From: an uncultured Nitrososphaerales archaeon
Lineage (GTDB): Archaea > Thermoproteota > Nitrososphaeria > Nitrososphaerales > Nitrososphaeraceae
NCBI GenBank assembly: GCA_963713605.1
Contig: CAVQMO010000002.1
Span: forward strand, 36,498-100,497
Length of the DNA: 64,000 nt
Reading direction: 5' to 3'
Notes under the pieces: model-generated
The model's input: the letters and a program-made list of their open reading frames with translations, nothing else
What the model was told of the DNA's origin: nothing
Database searches by the model: none
Program-made: the position numbers and the translations under genes
In this document: positions 47,657 to 59,049 of the stretch, piece after piece
Position numbering within the stretch: position 1 is the stretch's first letter
Layout of the letters: every line of letters begins with the position of its first letter

Positions 47657-47678
47657 TTACTCAGGTTCGCCTGAGTAA
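47657..47678. other. Perfect 9-bp hairpin with TTCG loop
   Basis: ttactcagg-ttcg-cctgagtaa, about 90 nt downstream of 47768-48241. Confidence 0.5.
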
Positions 47679-47767
47679 GTGAGTCAGTCTGAAGAACTCA
47701 ACTTCTCGATTTAAGTTAATCTAAACAAATTAATTTTTCATATCTGTTAAACTACTCCCATAAGTTG

Positions 47768-48241
47768 CTACGAGACAGTTGATATGTCGAAATCACCTCG
47801 TACCTCAACAGTTTCTTTAATAGTATTTACTCCACCTTCGACTTTCCATCTGCCACCATTTAGATGTGATAACCGTGAAGCTGATGTCCACATTGTTCCC
47901 TCGCCAGTAACTTTCGCAATCCCTCTTTGGTTTGGGGCCATCTGAGTTCCAGTTCCAATTCCCGTAATAGATTCCCCCTTATTGGTCATATGCAAATACA
48001 TGATCGTCAGGGTCGCGCTTCCATCTGCTAACATTGTTACTTCCACCGTGTCCCAGTGAACTCCCGAATAGTGTTTTCCAGTAACTTGTCCCTTATCGTT
48101 GCTCTCAAATCTCACGATTTCATTGTTAATATCAACAATTCTGGTACTGGTCGCCTTAGCCTTTATAACAACATCATATTTGGTAGATGACGTTTTTTTC
48201 GAAGACTCGGTAGATGATCGTTTCTTTGAAGCTTTGGCCAT
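47768..48241 (-). CDS. Hypothetical beta-rich protein
   Basis: 157 aa, basic N-tail, Gly/Thr-rich strands. Confidence 0.7.
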   Translation of the reverse strand: MAKASKKRSSTESSKKTSSTKYDVVIKAKATSTRIVDINNEIVRFESNDKGQVTGKHYSGVHWDTVEVTMLADGSATLTIMYLHMTNKGESITGIGTGTQMAPNQRGIAKVTGEGTMWTSASRLSHLNGGRWKVEGGVNTIKETVEVRGDFDISTVS

Positions 48242-48323
48242 GTCGGCATACTATAAATTCCGTGACTATAATATCTTTTACAAAGCGATATCTTTATCAA
48301 AGTTTTAATTAGGTAAGCTCTGA

Positions 48324-48494
48324 TTGCGGCTTAACAAGCAAGGTCTTCAGAAATTAAAATGTGCCACGTGTGGTACAATGTTCATTTCCGAAACGGATAC
48401 TAATACATGTCCAACATGTTCGGAGAGTCATAGCCATCATGAACATGGTGGTATGGGTGGTTGCGCTGCGGCCACTAATTTTTTAGCTAACTAG
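48324..48494 (+). CDS. Small Zn-ribbon protein with His/Cys tail (tail probably frameshifted)
   Basis: CATCG..CPTC..HSHHEHGGMGGC; adding one base gives GGCGCGH* ending at 48478. Confidence 0.55.
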   Translation: MRLNKQGLQKLKCATCGTMFISETDTNTCPTCSESHSHHEHGGMGGCAAATNFLAN

Positions 48495-49206
48495 TCTTAT
48501 TACGACCTTTCCAAATTTTCTTTTCTGGTTTTAGTATCTTCAAGAATTTTTCGAAGATACTTGGTTTTAGTTTGGATGGTATGTCATTTATGTGTCGGTC
48601 TATAGCCCATCCAAGACAGCCCAATGCTCTAGCATCATTTGATTCCATGATAAAACCTGTATGTTGTTCATTCAGCTTTATGCGATTACCAAATACCTAA
48701 TTTAGCTGTTTGTCAATCGAATTCTCACAATATTAGATCAATCGAAGACTAGCTAGCTTATTAAACCAAACCTGGACCGGGGTATGTATAGATAGTTCAA
48801 CGCAGGTGACGTATCTGAATTGTAGTTTGGTCATTGTCATAGCCAAGCGTATCTGACCTAACTGACGCATCTGACCCGCTTTTGCTACTGTATAGCTTAT
48901 TGCGGTGTCTTTACACGATCGATAAACACGATGAACACCTTCTTGCGATTATGTGGACAGACGTTCTACTAAACTAAGAGGTGTAATGATATACTGTACT
49001 TCATTTGATATCCATTATTGTGCTGGAATTATCACATGATTCTTATTATGATTTCCATATCGGAAAAACAATATCTTTCGTTTAACTTCATTCCTAAAAC
49101 AAGAAGGTTTCTTTTTTTCTAAAGGGAAATTATTAGTATTGAACTATTTTTAATGAAATTAAGAGATATTACTTTCGTTTCATCTTAATTGTTAGTTCGC
49201 TAATGA

Positions 49207-50271
49207 TTATTTTTCTAAATCATCTACCCCTCTTTCATTAACCGTAAAACGTATATCAGAATAAGGATGATACGGAGAATCAATCATCTTCGCTATTCTA
49301 TTTTCCCCTGATTTTCTAAGGTATATTCTATATGTAGAAGTATGGCCTATAACATTTCCGCCTGCTGCCTTTGTTGGATCTCCAAAGAATGTATCAGGAG
49401 ATGATTGCACTTGATTAGTAATTACAATCACTATGTTAAATATTTCAGCAAGTCTTATTAATTTATGTAAAATAGAATTAAGCCTCTGTTGTCTATCCGC
49501 AAGTGTGCCTCTACCTGCGAACTCTGCTCGATGAAGAGAGATAATACTATCTATTATTACTAATTTAGCGTTAAACTCATTTATGTATCTACCAAGATCC
49601 TTTATAATCAATTCTAAATGGGAACTATTATATACTTTACATATTGCAACATTTTTTAAAACTAACATCGGATCAAAACCTCTTGCCCTAGCGATCTGAT
49701 TTAATCTTTCAGGCCTGAATGTTCCTTCTGTATCGATATAGATTACACCTCCATCAAGGCCTCCTTCACTTATAGGTTGTTTTGCCATAGCACATAAAGT
49801 ATGACAAATCTGTGATTTACCTGAACCAAATTCTCCATAAAATTCTGTAACAGCTTGAGTTTCTATTCCTCCCAGCAACAACTCATCCAAAGATTTAGAA
49901 CCGCTAGAACACCTTAGCATAGATTTCCTTTTTTCAAGAACAAAGTCAGCAGTAACAAATTCCTTTTCTAATACATTCGATTCTCTAAGCAGTTTCTGCG
50001 CTGCCATAACGAATGCTGGAGCGCTATCCTTGGAAGAGTTAATATCTACAGCTAATTGTTCTGCGCTAGTTACTGCTAGATCCATTACTGATACTATCCC
50101 TGCCTCCTTGAGCTTCTTTGCTGTTGTTGGGCCTACTCCCTCAATATCCTGTATTTCAAGGTCTATTGCAGACATTTTTTCGTTGGCATTGTATATAGTT
50201 GAGTCATTATTATCATGTTCAGAAGAGTCTATACGAGGATCAGTTTGGACTTTTGCCTTTTTATCTGTCAT
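49207..50271 (-). CDS. radA: DNA repair and recombination protein RadA
   Basis: HhH IEGVGPTT, Walker A GEFGSGKSQ, IDTEGTFRPER, LADRQQ, TNQV, GGNVIGH. Confidence 0.96.
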   Translation of the reverse strand: MTDKKAKVQTDPRIDSSEHDNNDSTIYNANEKMSAIDLEIQDIEGVGPTTAKKLKEAGIVSVMDLAVTSAEQLAVDINSSKDSAPAFVMAAQKLLRESNVLEKEFVTADFVLEKRKSMLRCSSGSKSLDELLLGGIETQAVTEFYGEFGSGKSQICHTLCAMAKQPISEGGLDGGVIYIDTEGTFRPERLNQIARARGFDPMLVLKNVAICKVYNSSHLELIIKDLGRYINEFNAKLVIIDSIISLHRAEFAGRGTLADRQQRLNSILHKLIRLAEIFNIVIVITNQVQSSPDTFFGDPTKAAGGNVIGHTSTYRIYLRKSGENRIAKMIDSPYHPYSDIRFTVNERGVDDLEK

Positions 50272-50968
50272 TAACTAACGTATTATTAGTTACTGACACT
50301 TATTTAAAGGTCGAAGAACGTAGGAGGGAGGGAGGGAATCACGAGCTGAAATGAAGTTCCGCACGTATTAAAAAGTATTCAAATATTACATAGCCTGTCC
50401 ACCTATCATGGCATATCATAGAAGACACTGCTGGCTTACTCATATCTTTGAAAACAAATTCGTATCAACAAAAATCTTGATATAATGGGAATGGAAAGTG
50501 GAATTATTACCTGGATATAGTTGCAGAAATAACGTATGCCCAATCACCAGAACATAATGTTAGTGATATTTTAACACATTTACAAGGAAAACTTTGTTAC
50601 GGCCATATTTTGAAGCCCTTCTCCCCCAGCTCTCCCCATGTTTGATTGATTATATCGCAAATTGGCGAGTCATTGAGTCATGTCTGACACACAAACTCAT
50701 CGAGCTTCAAAAGATTATAGATGAAAAGATGTATGGATAATGTTGACTCGACTTCTGGTGATGACAGCTCATCCACAGACCCATCAAACGATGACTCATC
50801 AGATGATAGCTTGGATGATGGCTCCGATTAGTGGTAGCTGAATCTATCATTGAATATGAAAAATGTCTACTATTTAGCATACGATAAGACTGACTTCCAT
50901 GAAAACATGTTAGTCTGAGATACAAATTTCTGGTACGCTCTGAATGATGAATAACTGTATTATGCCAT

Positions 50969-51187
50969 CTAGACACATGTTAGCAAGAAGTTGCAGGTTT
51001 CGCATATATACACTAACTTATCGAAACTAGAGCACAATTCCAAAATCTCATCACAGCGCGGGCATTGGATCTCCATGTCTAGCTCAGACAACACCGGCTC
51101 TTCTTTTCGCTCTGGTACGCTAGATTCTTGTAATGTTTCGAGAACTTGATTTTCGGGCTCCGTTTTTGGGGGAACATGATATCCCAT
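50969..51187 (-). CDS. Small Zn-ribbon protein
   Basis: CPRC...YICETC. Confidence 0.7.
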   Translation of the reverse strand: MGYHVPPKTEPENQVLETLQESSVPERKEEPVLSELDMEIQCPRCDEILELCSSFDKLVYICETCNFLLTCV

Positions 51188-51277
51188 GTAAATAATATTG
51201 TCTGAACTTAAGTCCGCCTAGTATTGCCTTCTTCATCAGGATTTTGTATGTAATCCTCGTTTGCTATATTATCTACC

Positions 51278-51820
51278 TTATTCGTGATGGCCTTCTCCAG
51301 GCATTATCTCGTTAACACCTATTACCACCGTGCTACTTGCCGGAAGAACTTCATCTGAATCACCAGTATTCTGAATCGCAATGTCTGTAACGGTTAAATT
51401 CTGCGGAGGGATATCTACATGGTATAAACACATAGTTCCAGGACTTGATAATTGTGGAACATTCTCAAGCTCTGCGTTTGTAAGGTTTGGAGCCTGGCCA
51501 ATGAGTATGTTAAAAGAGGCAGTAGAATTATCTTCACATGGTACGTTTGCTGCTATGTGACCGTTGGTAATTACAAACGGAGTGCTATCGTATAGATGAA
51601 TAAATCCCTGCGAGGGAATAGTCATTCCTTCTAGTAAGACCGCCTGGGAATCTCTGACATAAACTTCGCCTTCTTCAGAAGAACTAGTATTTCCATAAGA
51701 CTCTTCCGCCGTCATTGACATATTTTCTCCTTGTGCGTTTACGTAACCGCTCCCAACATTTGTAAGAGCAAGCGTCGATATAAGAAGTGCAGTAATAATA
51801 CCCACGATAATGTGTTGCAT
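51278..51820 (-). CDS. Secreted protein, paralogue of 59050-59646
   Basis: Signal peptide; DSTPF..GHIAANVPC..GQAP..CLYH..TDIA. Confidence 0.8.
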   Translation of the reverse strand: MQHIIVGIITALLISTLALTNVGSGYVNAQGENMSMTAEESYGNTSSSEEGEVYVRDSQAVLLEGMTIPSQGFIHLYDSTPFVITNGHIAANVPCEDNSTASFNILIGQAPNLTNAELENVPQLSSPGTMCLYHVDIPPQNLTVTDIAIQNTGDSDEVLPASSTVVIGVNEIMPGEGHHE

Positions 51821-53558
51821 TATTGAAATATAACAATTCATATTATATTAATATTCTCTTAATATTCTCCTGTATACTGCACATTTGACAGCAGTTTGTG
51901 GTATTCTTTTCTGTGTGTTCTAAGTCAACAAACCAATCTTTAGGATTTACGGCTATAATTGCAAGTCTGATTGAGCATGAACTGTTAGAACTGCACCACA
52001 AAATAACAGCAATACAGAAAATATAGTCATTATCATAAACAATATTTTCATGGAACTATGATACCTCCAGCCTAGTGGAATTACTTAAAGCTGTTTCTTT
52101 GCTGTCCCCAAAGATATAAGGTAGTTGCCAGAGTTCGTATTCGCTTCTCGCAAATCATACGAAGTGATGATTACTACGATCATTTAGATTGTCGTCGCAG
52201 TTCTGGCAACAATCCGTTTCCTACATAAGTTATTCAATTAATTAAGCAATCAGTTATCATAACCGCTATTCTGATTCTTTCAGAAGCGCTCTTTCTACTA
52301 GATAGTGGTGATGATCGGGATGGTTTTTATTATTCCTAAACCCAACTTGGGCTCTTTTGAACCCTGACTTTGAGTCAAAAATGGTTCACACACCCTTGTG
52401 TCCAGCCAACTGTCACCTACAAAGGAATGTTTAAAAATATTTATTGTAATAAATATATTGAAACCATTTATAGAATCGCTATAGCTGTGGGAACCACTGG
52501 CGTTCCCCCTCATACTCATACGTCCAAGTCAGATATTGATAAGGTTATTGAGTAATTAGTCCATATAATTGGAAAATATGAATGATGAGGCTACGAACTC
52601 ATTTACGCTATATAGATGGATACGAATCCAGTCTATTTAAACAAGAAAAAGAACTTCGAAGATGGTGTGATGATCTCGCACTGGACAGAACTTGTCCTCT
52701 ATGTAGGTGCAAACAGTTCAGTTGCTTGTGCAGGAGATTCAAAATATGAATTAAAGTAATGCCATTACTTATTTGAATCTGGCATCGGAGCGCATGGGGA
52801 TTCCAACAATATCTAACAATCAGGGTTTAGCAGGAGAAGCCTCTATTAATTTCCTTACTCATGACAACCCAAATCTGGGCAAAAGGATTCAATACGCCGC
52901 CGGTTGGTCACTAATTGAGTACCCATTACAACCCGCTGGAAATAATACCGTAATAAGCTTTTTTCTGACCAAAAAACTAGTTCTGAACTAGGAAAATACT
53001 ATTTAAAATATTAACTGACTCAACCATAAAGGAGTTTTATCATCTATAGCAACCACACTTGTAGAAGTGCCCTTTACTCTCTAAGTGGGGGCCCGCTGTA
53101 ATATTAGTTCTCAAACCACAAGAAAAAAAGTCAACCAACAATGACAATAACTATACCAATCAACCAACAAGCCATCTTTTCTATGGGGTAGAATGTTGAA
53201 GGGTATCTGGATAGAGAGGCTACTTCACATTATGACCTATCTAATAGTTTCAGGACGTCTTTACAATTCTGGCATTAGAGACTGTTCGTTTAGAAAGTCA
53301 CTTTTGGAGTATTTGTATTATTGGGGAGGGGGGGGTGGTGGCATAGGCAAGCCTAGTATTCGATAAACTAAGGCAAGAAGAATTATCACTGACAGTATCA
53401 ATGATACCTTAGCGGCTGCCTGTGTTTCCATAAATAATGAAAATGCTATAGCGAGTCCAGATTGTATGAGAATGAAATAGAGAAGTCACATGGAAAATGA
53501 AAAAGAAAAAATAGATGTGGTTTGTTTGTTGTCTGATATCTACATCTAGTTTCAGTTT

Positions 53559-54413
53559 CTAGTTACAAGTTATGTTCGCTGATGAGTTGTTTCCACAACC
53601 AGTTGGCCATTCCTTTGCGAGATTGTTATTCAAATCTTGGCCTAATGCAAATGGACTATCTACAGCAAATACGTACGGAGGGTAGTTAGGTGTTTCGTCT
53701 GCTGGGTCCCATATAGTAATTACTTTACCATATGTACCTACTAAAGTAGTCACTAGTTGTTCGCATGTAAGACCTGGAGGCAACGATACACAACTTGGCA
53801 TTCCTCTTTCAGGTGTTAATTCGACTGCATGATTGTGCCAGCTGGCTCTTTCTCTTGGTGGTAATTGTAAATACTGATCTTTGCTGATAATGTATTCGAT
53901 CTGTGAAAGTATAGGAGTGCCACCACTTTCTGGGTCGTTAAAGTACAGCTGACAAACTGCTACTATCTTATCGCTAAGCTTGCAGTAATGATCCATTGGT
54001 GCATCTATGTTCATACTATCATGTCTATTCACGGTTACGTGTATGTCATAACCACCAGTTGGAGTTGCGGTATTGTTACCTGTAACTACTGATTGTTGAC
54101 TAGCAGGAGGAGCAGTACCTGATTGCTCCTCCCCTGCGGAAGCTTCGTTTTGTTGATCACTCTCTCCGCCATTTTGGTCATCTTCATCTTCATCCTGCTG
54201 CTGTGTCGATATCCGATATATTTCAGCACCAGGGTCAAATGAATCTGGATGTGCGTATGCTGATTGCTGCTGTTGTGTTATTATCGAAGGAATAGCCATT
54301 CCAATCGACATAACAAACATTGCCGCAATTAATCCTGCCGATACAGTAGATATCTTTTGTGATGTCCTCTTTCGTTGTTCTGATTCGGGTCTGTCCTCTT
54401 TTTTGATTGACAT
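53559..54413 (-). CDS. Secreted DUF1264 (OBAP-like) protein
   Basis: HYC..VCQLY..IEYII..QLP..E..WHNH..YGK..WD pattern; signal/anchor ending SAYA. Confidence 0.75.
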   Translation of the reverse strand: MSIKKEDRPESEQRKRTSQKISTVSAGLIAAMFVMSIGMAIPSIITQQQQSAYAHPDSFDPGAEIYRISTQQQDEDEDDQNGGESDQQNEASAGEEQSGTAPPASQQSVVTGNNTATPTGGYDIHVTVNRHDSMNIDAPMDHYCKLSDKIVAVCQLYFNDPESGGTPILSQIEYIISKDQYLQLPPRERASWHNHAVELTPERGMPSCVSLPPGLTCEQLVTTLVGTYGKVITIWDPADETPNYPPYVFAVDSPFALGQDLNNNLAKEWPTGCGNNSSANITCN

Positions 54414-54450
54414 TGCAAGCATCAATAAGAATAGTCTAAATAAGGAAATT

Positions 54451-54500
54451 CCCAAATTAAACCCTGATTATTCCCAAATTAAACCCAAATTAAACCCCAA
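54451..54500. repeat. Short direct repeats CCCAAATTAAA x3 upstream of DUF1264 gene
   Basis: Copies start at 54451, 54473 and 54484. Confidence 0.7.
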
Positions 54501-55044
54501 TCTGTATATGGTTAACTAGTTATAGGGCCTCAACTGGAGGTAAGCCAAAGTGCTTGGCAACTGTTTCATGCATTTGATGACAGACCTACCAATGATTATT
54601 TCTGACTTCATCGCGTGATAATCCAATTAAATGGAATAGTGAAACTCTATCTCCCTGTTTATTCGGATCGAAATTAAAATTCCTTATGTTATCAAAATTA
54701 GCTTTTTTGCTTACCATTTAGTGATGCTTGCTCTCTTGATGGCCGTTCCTGTTCATAGTTATCACTAACCAAATCATATTGTAGGAATTGTCAGCATGCG
54801 TCGATCCGCGATTGAGCGTCTATACTTAACCTTTATAACATCTATAACCGTTTGATTTTGAACAGTGCAGAGTATTGAAAATAGCACATCGCAAATTCGT
54901 ATTGAGAATCTTCAACTTGAATGGAGCCCAATTCGGTATCAGACTAATACAGCAAAATTACAAGAATAGCATACAATATTACACAATAACACATGATAGC
55001 AAGAGCTAAAAGTATCACCAATTCCAGTTATTTTTACTAGTACT

Positions 55045-55409
55045 TTACGTTTCATTCAAAAGGATGCCAGCAGGTTGATCCTTCCAGTCAGGATTACTTA
55101 CCATTATAGAATTACATCCCAAGGACGTCCTTAAAGCCTGTGCTGAATAGGGTAGTGTCTGGATTATTTGCTGAGCTTGTTGTGTCGATAGCTTATCAGC
55201 TCCTACATATGTATTTGCTGCTCTTATGAATCCGTCTAGTTGAGTAACATGCTCCTCTGTCATTAGCGGTATTGCCACCATCAGTGAGGTACGCAAGAGC
55301 TGCATCTAGTCTAGCATTAAATACCCCTTTTGTACTGCTACTTACATCCTGCAGACCACTAACAAAACTCTTTAGTTTTTGTATTCCCTGTATAGGTGGT
55401 AGTATAGTA
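55045..55409 (-). pseudogene. Helical C-terminal domain fragment (FIMAH-like); frameshift near 55246
   Basis: NARLDAALAYL..AC/TQLDGFIR..KLSTQQAQQII. Confidence 0.45.
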
Positions 55410-56199
55410 CTAGGACCTGAACTGACTCGAATTGAGAGCCTGATTGCCGCTCTCTTCGATGGCGAGCACTTCCCATAAATAATCAGTATCCGGCTCAAGA
55501 AATTCACTTGGAATCATTATTTCATGCACATCAGGTGGTAAATACATACTAAGTCCCATTTTTCCAATCATGTGTGGATCAGGGTCTTCATCTCTCTCGA
55601 TAATGAGTTGATAAGCAATGATGTTGATGTCAGAACCGTCGATAGTTTTATCAACTTGACCCCAGCTCACCAGAAGGTCTGGCAGCCTCCGGAACGGTAG
55701 CATTTTCAGCGGGTGATAAAAGTTCAGGGCCTTCAGGAATGTCATGAGTCAGCAAGGCAGTCCCTTTCGTCTCCCCTTGTTTTTCTCCGACTTCGATTGC
55801 AGTTCCTTCAAATGCGTACTCACCTTCTGGTAGTGTTTCCAACACCTTGGCAATAGGCACATCGGCATTTGCCGGCTCGACAGTCTCGAAAAACAATTCA
55901 GTCAGTCCAAGTTGTCCCAGCTTCCCCAGGCCCGTGAAATTCAATACCTTCCCATCTGGACCAGTAACCGTGATTGTGTTCCAACCCTCACTATCAAGGG
56001 CCCCTTGGAATCCGGTGTCTTCATCCTTCGCATTATGCTCGATGTTCAGCTTGGCCTCTTTGAGAGGTATTGCGGTATCTGAATCTGCATTCTTCTTTGA
56101 TCCGTCTACCCCCAATGCGACCTGTCCGCCCGCATATGTCGCTGCTAGACCAGTTGATAGAATAATGGTAGCCAGCAAGATCATCGTTTTATTTTTCAT
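55410..56199 (-). CDS. Secreted protein with fibronectin-III-like C-domain; 1-nt frameshift at 55680
   Basis: Signal peptide; IEHNAKDEDTGFQ..ELFFE..EP; VSW..YQLII..EFLEPDTDYLWEVLAIEESGNQ. Confidence 0.75.
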
Positions 56200-56224
56200 G
56201 CTTGACAGAGATCTCAACAAAGTA

Positions 56225-56316
56225 TATAGTGATTGTGGTACGAGTGTCTAAATGTACTCAAATAGTCAAGTGTGGAAATTGTGGATCATTTAGATACTTG
56301 TACTACAAACACTATA
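56225..56316. repeat. 30-bp imperfect inverted repeat, 32-nt spacer
   Basis: Arms 56225-56254 and 56287-56316, 26/30 complementary. Confidence 0.8.
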
Positions 56317-56669
56317 CATGATTCTGTTCCAAAGTAATGAAGATAAACAGAGGGCATTTTCGAATTCGTTCCCCAACCCCTGTGATCTCTAATTGTCGCT
56401 ACAGAAGAAATGCATGTTGGATAATTCAATTGGACAGGCGTTGGATTGGACTAAGGACTGAAATAGGCAACTCATTTCTCAGCTAGTGAACTTGCTTCAC
56501 AGGATTAATCACTGCGTTAAGGATCAGTTGAGAATGAAAGCAACTTCACATGATGATTTGTTTGAATGTCTGGAAGCAAATCTTGATCAGGAGGAGCCTT
56601 CAGTTTTGGCATTAATGCAATAAGTGCTTGCTACTAAGAATATTAATCGATCCAACGCCTACAACTAAT

Positions 56670-56801
56670 ATGAAAATCACGTGCGTTGATTGTGGCTTCA
56701 GCCCAGATGATTGTATTCAGAGCAAATCGTCGACAGAATGTCAATCATGTCTCCTAACCGAGTGCTGCTGCTGGTCTGTCATTCGCCGGGATAATGTCTA
56801 A
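56670..56801 (+). CDS. Small Cys-rich protein (43 aa, 8 Cys), not in ORF track
   Basis: MKITCVDCGFSPDDCIQSKSSTECQSCLLTECCCWSVIRRDNV. Confidence 0.6.
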   Translation: MKITCVDCGFSPDDCIQSKSSTECQSCLLTECCCWSVIRRDNV

Positions 56802-57937
56802 TTGACCTAATCATTACAACAAGATTCAAGATAGTTATGACAACCTCGAATACGTCGTAATGAAGTTAGAAGACCGGTAAACAATAAAGCTCCGAGATAG
56901 CAAGAATACTGCGGGTAGACAGATACATTAATGCATGGATGTAGATTATTTGACGTAACAAGCAAAAGAGAATATCGCCAGATACGTTGATGAAAGGCTT
57001 CCTGAAGAATATGACAAATGTCTTGTTGGATTGAACTACATATCCTAGTTCTTCGGTTGTTACAAAAGGATCTATTAAAAGTTAGTATGACAAGTATGAC
57101 GGTGTGACATGATATAACTGGTGTACAGTAGAAAAATAATTCAAGGACAAAGTAACCAATAACAATGGTAGGAGTAACAAGTGTTCGAATATGACTCTAG
57201 ACAAGGAATATCAAATAAATATTCTACTGCAACCAGAAAGACCTTGTCAAGAAATATCCTTCGGCAAAGGGTACAGTGCCATATACATTCATTCTAGTTG
57301 ACCCGAAAGATTGGTCAATTTAGAGCATCCTAACAGGAATACTACAGAATATTGCCAACTCTGCAGCATTTCGGAGGATATAGCACAGACTAAGAAAAGG
57401 ATTGGAATTACAAATCTAGGCCAATCGTACGCCTGCCAGTGGGAGGTTCGATATTGATTCAGTCAACATGATGACCAGTTAGGGAAGACACTAAATATAT
57501 ACTCTGATTAGTAACGTTCATCAAATACTCTAATCAAATAATATTATGTAGAGCAAATGATAAGAAAGGAAAGAACAAGGCTATTTGTTACTTACCGAGT
57601 CCTCGCCAGCGAACCCACTTCCTAGATTACCCGGAGGAAACAAGAACCGTCAGACCATAGCCCAGCCTAAGGCTTCTGTCTTCATTGTTGTTGACATTTG
57701 CTAATAATCCTATAGTAAAACGTTCAAAGGTTTAAGTTATACTATCCATTGTGTTGGTTTAGCCCAAAATATCAAAGAAACGTGGTACTTGTTACAGGAG
57801 CAGTAGTTTTAACAAGCAGTCAATCAGTCAACAAACCGGGATATAATTAATTCGGGAAAATGTTAACGTTACACTGGATCTTTAGCCATGATTTTCTTCT
57901 AGGATGATTAGAAATACAAGATGCATAAATCTAGGCC

Positions 57938-57951
57938 TTTACAATTGTAAA
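57938..57951. promoter_or_regulatory. Perfect palindrome TTTACAATTGTAAA, candidate operator
   Basis: Ends 42 nt upstream of the regulator start, next to an AT-rich TATA-like tract. Confidence 0.6.
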
Positions 57952-57993
57952 AATATAATAGGCCCAGGTAGTTTAGAATAAATCCAAATAAAG

Positions 57994-58467
57994 ATGCCTT
58001 TCCAGATAGATGATTATGACATCTTGATATTAAAATCATTGATGAAAGATGGGCGTAAATCATTTCGTGAAATCTCCAGGGAAACAGGCATTACGACGCC
58101 CACTGTTAAAGCAAGATTTCAAAGGCTGGTTAATATTGGATTTATAAAATCAGTCTCTCCAATTTTTGATTTTGGAATTGTAGAGGATGGAGTTCTAGAC
58201 TATGGAGACCAAAGTAAGTATAAGGATCATAACAATTCACAATATTTGCAACAACAGCGGGAAGATGTGAAATCTAAAATCAAAAAAGGGATAAAAATTA
58301 AGCTGGATTGCGAATTTTGTAAGGGTCCAATAGCTGGTCATCTTCATGTATTTAAATTTGCAAATTATGAACGGTTTTTCTGTTGTACCGGCTGTATGTC
58401 TGGCTACAAGCAAAAATACGCTGGAAGAATAGAATCGATAAAAAGAGAGTTTGAAGGAAGGATCTAG
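57994..58467 (+). CDS. AsnC-type HTH + TRASH metal-binding regulator (CopR/CopT-like)
   Basis: IDDYDILIL..L..DGRKSFREISRE HTH; CEFC...FFCCTGC TRASH motif. Confidence 0.88.
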   Translation: MPFQIDDYDILILKSLMKDGRKSFREISRETGITTPTVKARFQRLVNIGFIKSVSPIFDFGIVEDGVLDYGDQSKYKDHNNSQYLQQQREDVKSKIKKGIKIKLDCEFCKGPIAGHLHVFKFANYERFFCCTGCMSGYKQKYAGRIESIKREFEGRI

Positions 58468-58556
58468 TAAGACGTCTCACGCAATCCATTGTGATTAGAT
58501 TGCTCTTTTCTTGTTCAGTGTCCATATTTTCTATGGTTTTGGTATAAAACATGAGA

Positions 58557-58570
58557 TTTACAAGTGTAAA
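58557..58570. promoter_or_regulatory. Second palindrome TTTACAAGTGTAAA
   Basis: Differs from 57938-57951 at one central base; about 90 nt downstream of the regulator. Confidence 0.55.
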
Positions 58571-59049
58571 AAAAGATTGCCAATCCTGATAATGATTTTC
58601 CGGTTTACTTTACCTTACCATCGAGAATAAATCAGATAGGTCATATCATTATGCCATTTCTTCTCATTGGACTTGGTGCTTACGTTCTGGCACAGCCTTT
58701 TCTCATTGTTTATCTACTAGCAGTATGACAACTGTCATCTGAAACTATACTTCTCCTTCAATCTGCCATATAGATCATCTCCACATACCAAGGGAAATTC
58801 AAAGGCGATAAAGATAACAGTGAATGGCGAGCCGATGACAGACGCTAGAAATTATCTTCTTAGAGATGGTGAGCAGGTCAAATTAGAAGTTCAGTGAATG
58901 GCGGTAAAAAACTTTGGTAAAGAATTGTACAACTATACTATGACTTTTGAACGGGCCCCTAATAGTAAGTGTACTAACCTTAATTTCTCATGAGTTTTCT
59001 TTCATCAGAGAATGAATCTTAAATAAGACGCCTTTTTGCATATCAGTTA

